Source: Okamejei kenojei (Eukaryota). From it: a stretch of DNA of 64,000 bases. Positions 61,160-64,000 of this stretch are shown in pieces. The DNA lies in NCBI GenBank assembly GCA_035221665.1, contig CM069137.1, positions 80,166,001-80,230,000 of the forward strand, written 5' to 3'. The position numbers were made by a program, and so were the translations under genes. Numbering within the stretch: position 1 is the stretch's first letter; each line of letters begins with the position of its first letter. The notes under the pieces are model-generated. The model did not search any database. It worked only from the letters and a program-made list of their open reading frames with translations, and was not told where the DNA came from.

Positions 61160-61580
61160 GTTAACGAAGAAACTGCAGATGCTGGAGAATCGAGGGTTAC
61201 ACAAAATGCTGGAGAAACTCAGCGGGTGCAGCAGCATCTAAGGAGCGAAGGAGATAGGCGACGTTTCGGGTCGAGACCCTTCTTCATTCAGTTCAGTTCA
61301 GAGATACAACATGGAAACAGGCACTTTGGCCCACTGAGTCCACACCGACCAGCAATCGCTGCACATTAACACTATCCTACTAGGGACAATTTACACTTAT
61401 ACCAAGCCAACTAACCTACAATCTTGCACTTCTTTGGAGCAATCTCGAAGGAAACCCACGAGATCACGGGAAGGACGTACAAACTCCGTACAGACAGCAC
61501 CCGTACACAGGGTCGAACCTGGGTCTCTGACGTTGTAAGCATTGTACGGCAGCAACCCTACCACTGCGCCACTGTGCCAT
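61160..61580 (-). mobile_element. pLTR terminus (61160-61285) followed by a V-SINE (61286-61580)
   Basis: Terminus matches the reverse complement of ~33475-33597; SINE motifs on the minus strand. Confidence 0.8.
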
Positions 61581-63865
61581 CCGAAATATGAGATATTTAA
61601 TGTTTAATTAACATGGAAATCTGATTGCAATAAGCTTTTGGTTGTTCCTTTTTGGAAAATAAAGCAGTACACATTTCATGGATGAATACTACATGCTAGC
61701 AACTTGCCAACTATAACATTAGTGATGCTGGGGCCCAAGTTAGGACTGTCCTTTGGGTCCCTTGATCACAATAGGCACAATATGGAAAGCAAGCTAGACA
61801 TGTTTCTACTCAATCTTTAATCACAATGCTTTCTGAAGCACAACCTGGGAAATTATCATTTGCTGTTGTGTATCACCACCTGAGGAGAAGTAAATGAATC
61901 AGTGAGCTGTGGCAGAACTCGTAGCAAAGGCAGATGTGCATGGCTAAATGCATCATTGTCTTCAGTGCATCAGTACTGACTTTGCCTGAGGAAAAGAGTG
62001 AAGATCAAGAACTCAGAACCAGCACTGATCTCAGGGTCTATGGAACAGCAGTAATCTCTGAACTCCTGTACACTACTGTCAGCAATACTCCTTAAAGCGC
62101 TAGAGAAATATCACTAACACAGTCCTCACAAACTTTTCTGGTTGGAGAAGTAAAACAACATTAGCATCCTTTCCCAGGCCAACATCCCCAGCTCTGTGGC
62201 TGAAATTGCACTTATATGGCCCTGATGGATAGGCCATGTCATTTACATACCCTACACTGAACTCCTGAAACAAATTCTCAAACTGGTGTAGTATCCACTG
62301 CAGATTTCCCATGCTGCGGGATGGTAGTCTTTATCCTACTGCTAGTTACAGTTCTTTCTTCTATCCCAAGAGTTTGGCATGGCCTTGAGCACATGTACTG
62401 TACGATTCAAGTGACATAATCTGCAGCTCTTCCTTGTAGACTTTGCTACAAAGATATTGGATGAATCGAGTACTGGGGAGTGAAAGTCCTGTTTAAAGTG
62501 GAATGTTTATGCCTGACCTTATATTTGAGGCCTCGGACTATCGAATTTTATTCCACCTACTTGCTATTCATATTCCCAATTGCATGATATTTGGCAAAGC
62601 TCATCCATTAATATATTTGACCAGGGTTATCCATTAATGATCCTCATTGTAAATGTTATATCAATATTTCATTATATCTAGGTTTCACTGGGTCAACTGC
62701 CACCGTAAGTTTTGAACACATTATGTTGAGTTCTTTCACCTTTGGCTTTGTGTGGGGTGGTAAAGAAGGCATAGAGAAACTATAACTGATTTTCATTAAA
62801 CTCTGGGTAGACAAAAAATGCTGGTGAAACTCAGCGGGTAAGGCGCATCTATGAAGGGAAGGAATATGCGACATTTCGGGTCGAGACCCTTCTTCAGAAT
62901 CTTGTAAACCCTTGTTCTTTATGAAATATTTGGATTATAGCAGCCAGACCTACTGACCTTCACCGCTAGGCCAGGCTGCAGACGCAAGCCCACACCATCA
63001 CCCTGCCTGCTTCCAGGCTGGATCTATGCGCTCCACCGCTAGCCCACACAGCTTCCAATCCACGCCTGCCTACACCGCCACCACGGCCCTTACCTGCACT
63101 CCGGCCACCCACTGGCCGTGACCAATTACTCCGCCGATCCTTACCTCAACTCACCTGGATTCCTGCCCAGCTCTGGACAAGAGTTTCAAGAAGGGTCTCG
63201 ACCCGAAACGTCACATATCGATGTTCTCCTGAGATGCTGCCTGACCTGCTGAGTTACTCCAGCACTTGATGTCGTTTTGTGTATTAACCAGCATCTTCAG
63301 TGCTTTGTTTCTACTGCTTATACAATGATAGTCGATTACTCAATAATCCCTTATTCAGTTATAGTGGACAATCAGCAATAATGATTGTCCACTTTATGGT
63401 CCGTTGTTACAAGGGGTTACTGTATGTGAGCATGAGTTCGAATTGGCCAGTTTAGATGTCAAGTCATTCACCTCAAATCAGTTTTTCTCTCTGTACAGAT
63501 AGTGCTTTGTCAAATTAGTATTTCCAGTAGTCAATCATGACCTCTGATTCTGTCTGCATGGAGATTATATGTTCTCCCAGTAACTGGGAGGAACCAGTTT
63601 CCTCAGGGTGCTTCACTTTCCACCCACATCCCAAAATTGTGCAGCTTCATTGACCACTGTAACTTGACCCAAGATTGTTGGTGAGCAGTGAAATGCAGAG
63701 GAAGTTGATGGGAGTGTGGAGAGAATGAAATGGGATTAGTGCATGGTTGGCGTAAATGGATGCTTATTGATCTGTATTGATCTGTGCAGACTTGGTTGAC
63801 TGAAGGCTTGTATTGTGTTGTATGATGCTATGAATCTATGATTGCAGAATGCTGTACGGCATGAA

Positions 63866-64000
63866 GAGTACATAGAACATAGTACATAGTGCATAGTACA
63901 TAGAACATAGTACATAGAACATAGTACATAGAACATAGAACAAAGTACATAGCACATGGTACATAGAACATAGTAAATAGAACATAGAATATAGTACATA
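63866..64000. repeat. Heptanucleotide tandem repeat (CATAGWA)n
   Basis: About 19 units; the reverse complement (TTCTATG)n matches CR1 tails in this window. Confidence 0.9.

Noticed and set aside
63736-63999. Repetitive ORF (MYYVLCS)n
   Set aside because: Translation of a heptamer tandem repeat.

Overview
Repeat-dominated eukaryotic non-coding DNA. The V-SINE, CR1 and Penelope repertoire suggests a cartilaginous fish such as a skate or ray (inference). I found no intact host gene or convincing exon; nearly all predicted ORFs are transposon remnants or noise. The window holds a defective DIRS retrotransposon (1-4056), a full-length but frameshifted RTE-X-like LINE (8248-11321, minus), many CR1, L1/Tx1 and L2 fragments, tRNA-headed V-SINEs, Penelope-like elements (PLEs) with hammerhead cores, several PIF/Harbinger-type MITE families, a fossil Harbinger transposase and two assembly gaps. 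The main result is a ribozyme-based retroposon system. The RTE-X LINE begins exactly at a canonical HDV-like ribozyme (11226-11320). A ~140-bp non-coding, (AAG)n-tailed retroposon occurs three times (6700, 45955, 54542); its head is a 54-nt minimal HDV-like ribozyme lacking P4, in place of a Pol III promoter. Also notable: fold-back mini-elements with hammerhead cores in both polarities, L1 copies that break at the same zinc-knuckle codons, and Harbinger target-site duplications (TSDs) that disagree only at the middle base. Structures were folded by eye, and boundaries of degraded repeats are approximate.
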